Shown here: one piece after another, positions 39,187 through 47,802 of the stretch | How positions within the stretch are numbered: position 1 is the stretch's first letter | Layout of the letters: each line of letters opens with the position of its first letter | Virus record (IMG/VR): IMGVR_UViG_2541047899_000009 | Reading direction: 5' to 3' (one strand) | Origin: a virus | Lineage: Duplodnaviria; Heunggongvirae; Uroviricota; Caudoviricetes | Length of the DNA: 47,802 nucleotides | The notes under the pieces: model-generated | Told to the model about the DNA's origin: nothing | What the model saw: the letters and a program-made list of their open reading frames with translations, nothing else | Database searches by the model: none | Translations under genes and position numbers: made by a program

Positions 39187-40263
39187 TTACCCTCTGAATC
39201 CCGGCGGAATTTCGGTGTCCGGTTCAGAAATATGATTAACACAACGCTGGTTGTTCGTGCCGCTTACCGGGAGCAACCAGGGGTTTTCAAAATTCCGGTC
39301 CGGTCCAAAAAACGTCGTCGCTCGCTGAACAAATTCCGTTCCCGTTTTCCCGGTAGCAGCCAGGTATCTTGTGTAACGCCTCACACCATCCAGCATGGCC
39401 TCTGGTGGCACCCCCTCGCGTAATCTGGCCTTCCAGGCACTGAAAGCGGATTTCTTCGGGTTTGCCCCGGCTCGTAACGGGTATTCCCGCCAGACCTGCT
39501 CGAACGCATCCGGATAATCCACTCGTCCCACAGGCTGCCCGGTGTTTTCCGGGACTACCCGATCGGCTTCCCGCTGAATGGCGGAATCGGCTTCAGGCTG
39601 CTGCAGTTGGTGTGATTGCTCCGGCCCTGCGGTCATCGCCTGCTGCACAGCGCCCGAATCGGCTTTCAGCGCATACGCTGAATCGGCTTCCGGTGTCGTG
39701 CCTGCGGGCTGGCCAGGAGTGACGGTCTGAACATCCCCTACATGGTTCGTGGCGTTTTTTACGCCAGGGACCATAGTGTTTTGATCTTCTTTATCTGTAT
39801 CTCTATCTGTATCTTTATCTGTCGTGACTCGTCGTGACATGTGCGTGACATTTCGTGACGCGCCGTGACAATCGCCATTTTGTTCCCGCTTTCTTTCCCT
39901 CTCACGCTGCGCCCTCTTGCGCTCTGCCGGAGATTTTGCGGTTTGCGAAATATTGCCGTTGTCCTCTTTAAGCACCTGGCGTTTCTCCCATCCAGTGATT
40001 AAATCACCATCAAGTACCCGCCCCTGCATCGTCTGCAAAATTGAATCAATTACCTCTTCTGTCACGTCGAGCGCACTTGCCAAATCTTCTGTCGTGACAT
40101 CAATGTGACCTCGCGTGACATTTCGTGACGCGCTCACCAGGAGGTGGATATACACTGCCATCACTGTTGCAATTGGCTGCCCTGACACCCTGGCAATTGT
40201 TCGCCACTTAGGGTCATTTGGCATGTCATGCCATAATCTGAGCCAAGCGTTAGCCATACTCAC
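39187..40263 (-). CDS. phage replication initiation protein (O-like, with internal iteron-bearing region)
   Basis: 358 aa; N-terminal DNA-binding-like region, low-complexity acidic/basic linker (KDTDRDTDKED), conserved C-terminal region (YPLRAGANPKKSAFSAWKARLREGV); the gene contains clustered direct repeats (see iteron feature). Confidence 0.65.
   Translation of the reverse strand: MSMANAWLRLWHDMPNDPKWRTIARVSGQPIATVMAVYIHLLVSASRNVTRGHIDVTTEDLASALDVTEEVIDSILQTMQGRVLDGDLITGWEKRQVLKEDNGNISQTAKSPAERKRAQRERERKREQNGDCHGASRNVTHMSRRVTTDKDTDRDTDKEDQNTMVPGVKNATNHVGDVQTVTPGQPAGTTPEADSAYALKADSGAVQQAMTAGPEQSHQLQQPEADSAIQREADRVVPENTGQPVGRVDYPDAFEQVWREYPLRAGANPKKSAFSAWKARLREGVPPEAMLDGVRRYTRYLAATGKTGTEFVQRATTFFGPDRNFENPWLLPVSGTNNQRCVNHISEPDTEIPPGFRG
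39790..40135. repeat. iteron-like direct repeats / putative replication origin inside the replication gene
   Basis: gcgtgacatttcgtgacgcgc occurs near 39843 and again near 40113; additional cgtgac copies (tcgtgactcgtcgtgacat, tctgtcgtgacatcaatgtgacc) and tctgtatct repeats in an adjacent AT-richer stretch. Confidence 0.55.
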
Positions 40264-40328
40264 CTCCTCTGATACCGAATCTTTTTACTCACGAATTGCC
40301 GGAAGCGATTCGATATGGCTATTGTCAG

Positions 40329-40754
40329 TCAATGTACTGCCACAGCATTTCCTGCCGGGCCACCACGGTTCATCTGATTGAAACCGGCGATTGCCACTGC
40401 GACAAAATCATCAGCGTCTCTCACCAGTCGCTCCCGCGTCTCCACCAGCTCCCGAAAATAAGTTGAACTGTGGCTGCGCATTCTGGCCACCAGCAAAGGT
40501 GGCATTGCCTTTTCGATCGCTGGTAACAACGCCTGAATTTTTTCAACTGCATCAGGGGTGTCTTTCTCTATCCAGCGGAAAATTTTCTGGGTATTGCGAG
40601 CCAGGGCTTCCGGATGGCTGTCGTCATACAGTTCCGGGAACGTCATACCCAGTTCGAAATACGCTTTGGTAATCTTCGCAGTCGGTACTTTTTCGCCGTC
40701 CGGATGCGCCCAGGCATTCATCGCCATGCGGATGTGTTCATGCTTGATTTTCAT
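40329..40754 (-). CDS. CII-like regulator (YdaT family)
   Basis: About 141 aa from MKIKHEHIRMAMNAWAHPDGEK...; position immediately after the Cro-like gene in the rightward early operon. Confidence 0.55.
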   Translation of the reverse strand: MKIKHEHIRMAMNAWAHPDGEKVPTAKITKAYFELGMTFPELYDDSHPEALARNTQKIFRWIEKDTPDAVEKIQALLPAIEKAMPPLLVARMRSHSSTYFRELVETRERLVRDADDFVAVAIAGFNQMNRGGPAGNAVAVH

Positions 40755-40980
40755 GAATCCCCCCTTGGTTAGAAGGCGGATTATGATCAGAATCGGGAAT
40801 GACAACCGTCGGTATGTGTAACTCATATTTGAGCGCCCCGGCAGTGACTGCCTGAATTAGCAACGCCCATTTCCACGGAACGTCTTCCCCCCACATGCTG
40901 ACTGTGGTTTTTGACGTTCCTAGAGCGGCGGCTGTTTTAACAACTCCGCCAAAATAGCCTAATACTTCTGATTTTTTCAT
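40738..40980 (-). CDS. Cro-like HTH repressor (YdaS family)
   Basis: About 80 aa from MKKSEVLGYFGGVVKTAAALGTSKTTVSMWGE (HTH); divergent from the CI-like gene. Confidence 0.65.
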   Translation of the reverse strand: MKKSEVLGYFGGVVKTAAALGTSKTTVSMWGEDVPWKWALLIQAVTAGALKYELHIPTVVIPDSDHNPPSNQGGIHENQA

Positions 40981-41071
40981 GAGTCGCTCCATAAAACTGA
41001 ACGCCAAAAGTTTAATAATCAAAACCAAAGAAAGTCAAGAAACAAAACCATCTGTGTTTTAAAATCAAAAC
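40981..41071. promoter_or_regulatory. divergent immunity promoter/operator region (OR analogue)
   Basis: 91-bp AT-rich intergenic region between divergent Cro-like and CI-like genes with partial palindromes (aaaactgaacgccaaaagttt, aaaaccatctgtgtttt). Confidence 0.5.
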
Positions 41072-41710
41072 ATGAACAAGCAAACAATATCTGAACGCAT
41101 AACCCAACGTATGCATGCGCTAAACTTGAAAGGCAAAGACCTTGTCAATGCCACTGGCGCATCAAAAGGCTCCGTAAGTCAATGGATGAACGGTGGAGGA
41201 GCGCCGTCCTCGCGTTACATAAGTTCACTGGCAAAGATATTGAAAGTAAACGAAAATTGGCTTCTTAATGGAGGAGAGTTAAATACAGGTGATTCGCTTG
41301 ATCTATCTTTACCGCCGATAAAAACGGTTCCGCTACTATCACTTCAGCAGGCAGCAAGCTGGAGTGATTATATGAAAAATTCCTCAATAACCTCTTGTGT
41401 GCAGCTTGTCGGAGAAATCCCGGCCAATACCTTTGCTGTTGTTCTAGAGAGTGACAGTATGTCGACATCTGGTGGTGGAGTTTCCATCCCAAATGGTTCA
41501 ACAGTTTTTGTTGATCCCGATCGAATCGTACAACCAGGAAATATTGTCCTTGCCTTACCCAAAGGGACCACAACGCCTGTCATTCGCAAACTGGAGATAG
41601 AAGGGCCGGATATTCTTTTAGTCCCCACGAATCCTCGCTACCCTTCAATTATGCTGGATGATCTATCTTGCATATTGGGAGTATGCTTTAAAATTCAACA
41701 AGATATTTAA
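41072..41710 (+). CDS. CI-like prophage repressor (HTH-XRE N-terminal domain + S24 LexA-like autopeptidase domain)
   Basis: 212 aa; HTH (GKDLVNATGASKGSVSQWMNG), S24 domain with Ser in VVLESDSMS and Lys in VIRKLEIEG. Confidence 0.85.
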   Translation: MNKQTISERITQRMHALNLKGKDLVNATGASKGSVSQWMNGGGAPSSRYISSLAKILKVNENWLLNGGELNTGDSLDLSLPPIKTVPLLSLQQAASWSDYMKNSSITSCVQLVGEIPANTFAVVLESDSMSTSGGGVSIPNGSTVFVDPDRIVQPGNIVLALPKGTTTPVIRKLEIEGPDILLVPTNPRYPSIMLDDLSCILGVCFKIQQDI

Positions 41711-42002
41711 CCAACCTCATCTATTTGATTAACTGTATGCCATCGTAGTGATGGCGTAACAGCTGCCTGCTTAAAATGTTTTGATAAAAAAACATTGACC
41801 TTAAATGTTCATTTTTCTAAACTTCATTCATTCCCTCACCCCGCCCCACAGAATGCAGGGCAATACTTCGAGTTACCAGGCAGTGGTCAGGGGTTAAGTA
41901 GCCAGCCCGAGGCGTAAGAACATGACGGCAGGGTTCAACTTTAATAACTATGCAGCAGGTTTTTGTTCCGCTACCCCGGCGTTAAGGGGAAATGAGGTCA
42001 GC

Positions 42003-42158
42003 ATGGATACTATCGATCTTGGCAACAGCGAATCTCTGGTATGTGGCGTGTTCCCCAACCAGGACGGCACGTTCACCGCGATGACGTATACCAAAAGCAA
42101 AACGTTTAAAACCGAAAATGGTGCCCGTCGCTGGCTGGAAAGAAACTCAGGTGAGTGA
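42003..42158 (+). CDS. ydfA: YdfA-like small protein
   Basis: 51 aa from the internal Met (MDTIDLGNSESLVCGVFPNQDGTFTAMTYTK...); first gene of the dicB-type operon. Confidence 0.6.
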   Translation: MDTIDLGNSESLVCGVFPNQDGTFTAMTYTKSKTFKTENGARRWLERNSGE

Positions 42159-42159
42159 T

Positions 42160-42735
42160 ATGGATTTCGACACAATCATGGAAAAGGCTTACGAAGAATA
42201 CTTCGAAGGCCTTGCCGAAGGCGAAGAAGCTCTCAGCTTCAGTGAGTTTAAACAGGCACTCAGAATAAGAATGTGCTCTCACAATGACGCGGAGCACAAA
42301 TATGAGAAGCAAAATCAGACCGCAGAAAATTTTGTTCTGGAACCCGGAGAAACGCTTTTCAAAATTCCCGTTACGTGCCCCATTTGCGGTTTTACATCAG
42401 AAGAACTTGACGACTCCTGTAACAATCAGGAAACAACCAAGTATGTCGAAGATGATACTGAGTGCGCACGAAGAACGATTATATCCACGAGTCCAAACTC
42501 CAGGATCAATAAATCTCACTTTGAGAGGGTGATTAATCCACTCCCCCAAACCAATAAAAAAGATGCCGGAGGACAAAAAACCCAATGGAACAACGGGATA
42601 TCTGTCAAAAAAAGACGTTCCATTAAAGACAAACAACGCAGCGCCAACAACTGTAAGCGCTTTATACCAGTAATCAATTTTCATGTTCTTAAGCGGATTT
42701 ATTGGTGGTTGCGACATTGCTTAATGAATCCTTAA
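42160..42735 (+). CDS. hypothetical protein (YdfB/YdfC region), zinc-ribbon-like
   Basis: About 191 aa from MDFDTIMEKAYEEYFEGL; CPICGF...C motif; basic C-terminus. Confidence 0.5.
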   Translation: MDFDTIMEKAYEEYFEGLAEGEEALSFSEFKQALRIRMCSHNDAEHKYEKQNQTAENFVLEPGETLFKIPVTCPICGFTSEELDDSCNNQETTKYVEDDTECARRTIISTSPNSRINKSHFERVINPLPQTNKKDAGGQKTQWNNGISVKKRRSIKDKQRSANNCKRFIPVINFHVLKRIYWWLRHCLMNP

Positions 42736-42994
42736 AACTGTGGTGATTTTAAGGATACCACCTCGCCTGACGTGGTTAAAAGCAGGCACACAACACGAAA
42801 GCGCACGGCGAAGTTCGTCTCACTGTACGGTGTCGTTAAATTTAATTCGACCGTGCGCTTCCGGTTGTGGCAACCCGCAAAATGGCGCGGCGGTAAGTAT
42901 GGCGGGGTTATTCCTTCCCCGTTGAGGACACCGAGTTGTCAGGTTGACCATACGCTTAAGTGACAACCCCGCTGCAACGCCCTCTGTTATCAAT

Positions 42995-43052
42995 TTTCTG
43001 GTGACGTTTGGCGGTATCAGTTTTACTCCGTGACTGCTCTGCCGCCGTTTTT
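42995..43052 (+). ncRNA. dicF: DicF small regulatory RNA (ftsZ-targeting)
   Basis: tttctggtgacgtttggcggtatcagttttactccgtgactgctctgccgccgttttt matches the recalled DicF sequence, including the 3' stem-loop and U-tract; located upstream of dicB. Confidence 0.85.
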
Positions 43053-43221
43053 AAAGTGAATTTTGTGATGCGGTGAATGCGGCTAAGCGCACGCGGAACA
43101 GTTAAAACCAAAAACAGTGTTATGGGTGGATTCTCTGTATCCGACGTTAATTGTTAACTGGTTAACGTCACCTGGAGGCACCAGGCACTGCATCACAAAA
43201 TTCATTGTTGAGGACGCGATA

Positions 43222-43410
43222 ATGAAAACGTTATTACCAAACGTTAATACGTCTGAAGGTTGTTTTGAAATTGGTGTCACTATCAGTAACCCTGTATTTA
43301 CTGAAGATGCCATTAACAAGAGAAAACAAGAACGGGAGCTATTAAATAAAATATGCATTGTTTCAATGCTGGCTCGTTTACGTCTGATGCCAAAAGGATG
43401 TGCACAATGA
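43222..43410 (+). CDS. dicB: cell division inhibitor DicB
   Basis: 62 aa: MKTLLPNVNTSEGCFEIGVTISNPVFTEDAINKRKQERELLNKICIVSMLARLRLMPKGCAQ (internal start of ORF 43117..43410). Confidence 0.9.
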   Translation: MKTLLPNVNTSEGCFEIGVTISNPVFTEDAINKRKQERELLNKICIVSMLARLRLMPKGCAQ

Positions 43411-43598
43411 ATTCAGCATTTGCGCTTGTTCTGACAGTTTTTCTTGTTTCCGGAGAGCCAGTTGATATTGCAGTCAGTGTTCACAGGACAATGCAGGAGT
43501 GTATGACTGCAGCAACCGAACAGAAAATTCCCGGTAACTGTTACCCGGTCGATAAAGTTATTCACCAGGATAATATCGAAATCCCGGCAGGTCTTTAA
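43407..43598 (+). CDS. ydfD: YdfD small membrane/lysis protein
   Basis: 63 aa from MNSAFALVLTVFLVSGEPVD...; start overlaps the dicB stop. Confidence 0.75.
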   Translation: MNSAFALVLTVFLVSGEPVDIAVSVHRTMQECMTAATEQKIPGNCYPVDKVIHQDNIEIPAGL

Positions 43599-43691
43599 AA
43601 CAGTTCCGTAATAAATATCCGGTTTCATTCTTATATGCCAGCAATGGCAGGGATTTGTTCATCCTTAAATCTGTCATGAGGTTAAAACAAA

Positions 43692-46163
43692 ATGAGTAAA
43701 GTCTTTATTTGCGCCGCTATTCCTGACGAACTGGCAACAAGGGAAGAAGGCGCTGTGGCTGTAGCCACAGCCATTGAAGCTGGCGACGAACGCCGTGCTC
43801 GAGCAAAATTTCACTGGCAGTTCCTGGAACATTATCCGGCTGCTCAGGACTGCGCTTATAAATTTATTGTCTGCGAGGATAAACCTGGCATACCCCGCCC
43901 TGCCCTCGATTCATGGGATGCTGAATATATGCAGGAAAACCGCTGGGATGAGGAGTCTGCTTCTTTTGTCCCGGTTGAGACTGAATCCGATCCGATGAAC
44001 GTCACTTTTGACAAGCTGGCCCCTGAAGTACAGAACGCTGTCATGGTTAAGTTCGACACATGTGAAAACATCACCGTTGATATGGTTATTAGCGCACAGG
44101 AATTGTTGCAGGAAGACATGGCAACATTCGACGGACATATCGTTGAAGCGTTGATGAAAATGCCAGAAGTTAACGCCATGTATCCGGAGCTTAAGTTGCA
44201 CGCCATTGGGTGGGTTAAGCATAAATGTATTCCTGGTGCTAAATGGCCCGAAATTCAGGCAGAGATGCGCATCTGGAAAAAACGTCGCGAAGGTGAACGC
44301 AAGGAAACCGGAAAATACACGTCTGTTGTTGATCTCGCCCGCGCCAGAGCCAATCAACAGTACACTGAAAATTCAACAGGAAAAATCAGCCCGGTCATTG
44401 CTGCCATTCATCGCGAATACAAGCAGACATGGAAAACACTGGATGACGAACTGGCCTACGCTCTCTGGCCTGGTGATGTGGATGCCGGAAACATTGACGG
44501 CAGCATCCATCGCTGGGCAAAAAAAGAAGTTATCGACAACGACCGCGAAGACTGGAAGCGTATCTCGGCATCAATGCGCAAACAGCCTGATGCCCTTCGC
44601 TACGACCGCCAGACTATTTTTGGCCTTGTCCGTGAGCGTCCGATCGACATTCACAAAGATCCCATAGCACTGAACAAATATATCTGCGAATACCTGACGA
44701 CAAAGGGCGTGTTTGAGAATGAAGAAACAGACCTGGGCACTGTTGATGTTCTCCAGTCATCAGAAACACAAACTGATGCAGTGGAAACTGAGGTATCTGA
44801 TATCCCAAAAAATGAAACCGCGCCGGAAGCTGAACCATCTGTAGAGCGTGAGGGGCCGTTCTATTTCCTCTTCGCAGATAAGGACGGAGAAAAATACGGT
44901 CGCGCAAACAAACTTTCTGGTCTGGATAAGGCACTGGCTGCTGGCGCCACTGAAATCACAAAAGAAGAATATTTTGCCCGAAAAAATGGCACATACACGG
45001 GCTTACCGCAAAATGTAGATACCGCTGAAGATTCAGAACAACCAGAGCCGATAAAAGTTACCGCTGACGAAGTAAACAAAATTATGCAGGCAGCCAATAT
45101 CAGCCAGCCTGACGCCGATAAGTTGCTTGCTGCATCACGTGGTGAATTTGTTGAAGGGATTAGTGACCCGAATGATCCGAAATGGGTTAAGGGGATCCAG
45201 ACCCGCGATTCTGTGAACCAGAACCAGCATGAATCGGAACGGAACTACCAAAAAGCGGAACAAAACAGCACAAATGCGTTACAAAACGAGCCAGAAACGA
45301 AACAGCCTGAACCAGTGGCGCAACAGGAAGTGGAAAAAGTCTGCACCGCCTGCGGTCAGACCGGCGGCGGCAACTGCCCTGATTGTGGCGCGGTGATGGG
45401 CGACGCAACATACCAAGAAACATTCGATGAAGAGTATCAGGTTGAAGTTCAGGAAGATGATCCGGAGGAAATGGAAGGCGCTGAACATCCACACAAGGAG
45501 AACACTGGCGGCAATCAGCATCACAATAGCGATAATGAAACTGGCGAGACGGCAGATCACTCAATTAAGGTGAACGGTCATCACGAAATCACATCCACCA
45601 GCAGGACGTGTGACCATCTAATGATCGACCTTGAAACCATGGGAAAAAATCCTGATGCCCCGATCATCTCAATAGGTGCAATATTTTTCGATCCGCAAAC
45701 CGGAGATATGGGACCGGAATTTAGTAAGACTATCGATCTGGAAACTGCTGGCGGAGTCATTGATCGGGACACCATTAAATGGTGGCTTAAGCAATCACGC
45801 GAAGCGCAATCTGCCATTATGACCGATGAAATCCCGTTAGATGATGCACTGTTACAATTACGGGAATTTATCGACGAAAACTCCGGTGAATTTTTTGTTC
45901 AGGTTTGGGGAAATGGAGCCAACTTCGACAACACGATTTTGCGCCGTTCATACGAACGGCAGGGGATCCCCTGCCCGTGGCGTTACTACAACGATCGCGA
46001 TGTACGCACAATCGTTGAGCTGGGGAAAGCCATAGACTTCGATGCCAGAACGGCTATTCCATTCGAAGGTGAGCGCCATAATGCACTTGATGACGCCCGT
46101 TACCAGGCAAAATACGTTTCAGTTATCTGGCAAAAACTGATCCCGAGTCAGGCTGATTCTTAA
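43692..46163 (+). CDS. large prophage protein with C-terminal DEDDh (DnaQ-like) 3'-5' exonuclease domain and internal zinc ribbon (YdfE-like)
   Basis: 823 aa; C-terminal exonuclease motifs (HLMIDLETMG, GNGANFDNTIL, HNALDDARYQAKY); CTACGQTGGGNCPDCG zinc ribbon; acidic low-complexity linkers. Confidence 0.75.
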   Translation: MSKVFICAAIPDELATREEGAVAVATAIEAGDERRARAKFHWQFLEHYPAAQDCAYKFIVCEDKPGIPRPALDSWDAEYMQENRWDEESASFVPVETESDPMNVTFDKLAPEVQNAVMVKFDTCENITVDMVISAQELLQEDMATFDGHIVEALMKMPEVNAMYPELKLHAIGWVKHKCIPGAKWPEIQAEMRIWKKRREGERKETGKYTSVVDLARARANQQYTENSTGKISPVIAAIHREYKQTWKTLDDELAYALWPGDVDAGNIDGSIHRWAKKEVIDNDREDWKRISASMRKQPDALRYDRQTIFGLVRERPIDIHKDPIALNKYICEYLTTKGVFENEETDLGTVDVLQSSETQTDAVETEVSDIPKNETAPEAEPSVEREGPFYFLFADKDGEKYGRANKLSGLDKALAAGATEITKEEYFARKNGTYTGLPQNVDTAEDSEQPEPIKVTADEVNKIMQAANISQPDADKLLAASRGEFVEGISDPNDPKWVKGIQTRDSVNQNQHESERNYQKAEQNSTNALQNEPETKQPEPVAQQEVEKVCTACGQTGGGNCPDCGAVMGDATYQETFDEEYQVEVQEDDPEEMEGAEHPHKENTGGNQHHNSDNETGETADHSIKVNGHHEITSTSRTCDHLMIDLETMGKNPDAPIISIGAIFFDPQTGDMGPEFSKTIDLETAGGVIDRDTIKWWLKQSREAQSAIMTDEIPLDDALLQLREFIDENSGEFFVQVWGNGANFDNTILRRSYERQGIPCPWRYYNDRDVRTIVELGKAIDFDARTAIPFEGERHNALDDARYQAKYVSVIWQKLIPSQADS

Positions 46164-46235
46164 TGTTCAACTGTCGCCGGTTGTGACTGGTATTCTGCAA
46201 CCGGCGCTCGTCTGATGTAAGAGATAAAGAAATCG

Positions 46236-46487
46236 ATGAGCGAAGTAATCATGATTGTCTCTCCCGGCAAATGGGTATCCGAAGAGCAGTTAATTGCGCT
46301 GAAAGGAATAAAAAAAGGTACGTTAAAAAAGGCCCGGGAAAAATCGTTTATGGAAGGAAGGGAATATAAGCATGTCGCTCATGACGGTATGCCATGGGAT
46401 AACAGTCCATGCTTTTACAACCTGGAAGAAATTGATCGCTGGATTGAGCGCCAGGCATCAGCGAGACCAAGACGTCATCTTACTTGA
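46236..46487 (+). CDS. xis: excisionase-like protein
   Basis: 83-aa ORF immediately upstream of the integrase on the same strand; small basic protein. Confidence 0.6.
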   Translation: MSEVIMIVSPGKWVSEEQLIALKGIKKGTLKKAREKSFMEGREYKHVAHDGMPWDNSPCFYNLEEIDRWIERQASARPRRHLT

Positions 46488-46506
46488 CTAAAAGCCACAC
46501 TAACTA

Positions 46507-47802
46507 ATGAGAGAAGTTGAAATGAAATATCCGACAGGCGTGGAAAACCATGGAGGGAAATTACGTATCTGGTTTGTTTATAAAGGCGTAAGAGTCAGGG
46601 AAAATCTGGGGGTTCCTGACACAGCAAAAAACAGGCGCGTTGCAGGTGAACTACGCTCCTCTGTTTGTTACGCAATAAAAACTGGTGTTTTCGACTATGC
46701 AAAACAGTTTCCCTCCTCACGCAATCTGGAAAAATTTGGTGAGGCCCGACAAGATTTAACCATAAAAGAACTGGCTGAAAAATTTCTGGCACTGAAAGAA
46801 ACTGAAGTCGCCAAAACATCACTCAACACATACCGTGCCGTCATCAAAAATATCCTGAGCATAATCGGTGAAAAAAATCTTGCCTCATCGATTAATAAAG
46901 AAAAATTACTGGAGGTTCGTAAAGAGCTACTGACTGGATACCAGATCCCCAAAAGTAACTATATTGTTACACAACCAGGGAGATCGGCTGTAACTGTAAA
47001 TAATTACATGACAAATCTTAACGCCGTGTTCCAGTTTGGTGTTGATAACGGTTACCTGCCAGATAATCCGTTTAAGGGGATCTCGCCATTAAAGGAATCA
47101 AGAACCATTCCGGATCCTCTTTCGCGGGAGGAATTTATCCGTCTTATCGATGCGTGCAGAAATCAGCAAGCAAAAAATTTATGGTGTGTTTCTGTTTATA
47201 CTGGCGTTCGCCCTGGTGAGCTGTGTGCACTTGGATGGGAGGACATAGATCTGAAAAATGGAACAATGATGATCAGGAGAAATTTAGCAAAAGACCGTTT
47301 CACGGTACCAAAAACACAGGCGGGAACCAATCGGGTCATTCATCTTATTAAGCCAGCAATCGACGCTCTCCGGAGTCAGATGACATTAACGAGACTGAGC
47401 AAAGAGCATATCATTGATGTTCACCTCAGAGAGTATGGCAGAACAGAAAAACAAAAATGCACCTTTGTTTTTCAACCTGAAGTGTCAGCGAGAGTAAAAA
47501 ATTATGGTGACCATTTTACCGTTGACTCAATAAGGCAGATGTGGGACGCAGCGATAAAACGTGCCGGACTCCGCCATCGAAAATCATATCAGTCGAGACA
47601 TACTTATGCCTGCTGGTCGCTGACAGCTGGTGCTAACCCGGCATTTATAGCAAACCAGATGGGCCATGCAGATGCGCAAATGGTATTTCAGGTATACGGA
47701 AAATGGATGTCTGAAAACAATAATGCACAGGTAGCTTTGTTAAATACACAGTTAAGCGAGTTTGCCCCAACCATGCCCCATAACGAAGCAATGAAAAATT
47801 AA
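46507..47802 (+). CDS. int: tyrosine-type site-specific integrase
   Basis: 431-aa ORF (probable start at MKYPTG, about 46522); conserved catalytic residues in the C-terminal domain (RPGELCAL..., HxxR in SRHTYACWS, Tyr in VYGKW); ends at the window edge. Confidence 0.9.
   Translation: MREVEMKYPTGVENHGGKLRIWFVYKGVRVRENLGVPDTAKNRRVAGELRSSVCYAIKTGVFDYAKQFPSSRNLEKFGEARQDLTIKELAEKFLALKETEVAKTSLNTYRAVIKNILSIIGEKNLASSINKEKLLEVRKELLTGYQIPKSNYIVTQPGRSAVTVNNYMTNLNAVFQFGVDNGYLPDNPFKGISPLKESRTIPDPLSREEFIRLIDACRNQQAKNLWCVSVYTGVRPGELCALGWEDIDLKNGTMMIRRNLAKDRFTVPKTQAGTNRVIHLIKPAIDALRSQMTLTRLSKEHIIDVHLREYGRTEKQKCTFVFQPEVSARVKNYGDHFTVDSIRQMWDAAIKRAGLRHRKSYQSRHTYACWSLTAGANPAFIANQMGHADAQMVFQVYGKWMSENNNAQVALLNTQLSEFAPTMPHNEAMKN

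Overview
This window reads as an enteric (Escherichia coli-type) chromosome segment carrying most of a lambdoid, Qin-like prophage, seen in integrated orientation from the host MFS transporter gene (ydfJ-like, 1-1284) to the integrase at the right edge. All calls rest on motif recognition and recalled family knowledge; no database search was run. From left to right: ydfK-like and a Pin-type DNA invertase; a side tail fibre region (Stf with tandem repeats, plus a small protein carrying an S74-type intramolecular chaperone domain); lom; a complete lambda-like tail module (J, I, K, L, M, H, G/T, V, U, Z); a head module (FII-like, DUF2190-like, ClpP-like protease fused to the major capsid, portal, W, large and small terminase) with a candidate cos region; moron genes (ydfO, gnsB, cspI); a phage-21-type lysis cassette (pinholin, SAR endolysin, Rz/Rz1); cspB/cspF; antiterminator Q; ydfU, rem and the hokD type I toxin. 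Immediately upstream of hokD, where K-12 Qin is recalled to carry relBE, sits a single 932-aa gene with an N-terminal nuclease-like domain, a central P-loop (STAND-like) NTPase, a long helical repeat region and a C-terminal SEC-C zinc motif. This is the strongest candidate for an undescribed antiphage (Avs/NLR-like) defence gene. Further right are a replication initiator with internal iteron-like repeats, a Cro-like/CII-like/CI (S24 peptidase) immunity switch, the ydfA-dicF-dicB-ydfD division-inhibition operon, a large DEDDh exonuclease protein, excisionase and tyrosine integrase. No rRNA, tRNA, CRISPR array or IS element was recognised. Coordinates of features not taken from the ORF track may be off by a few nucleotides.
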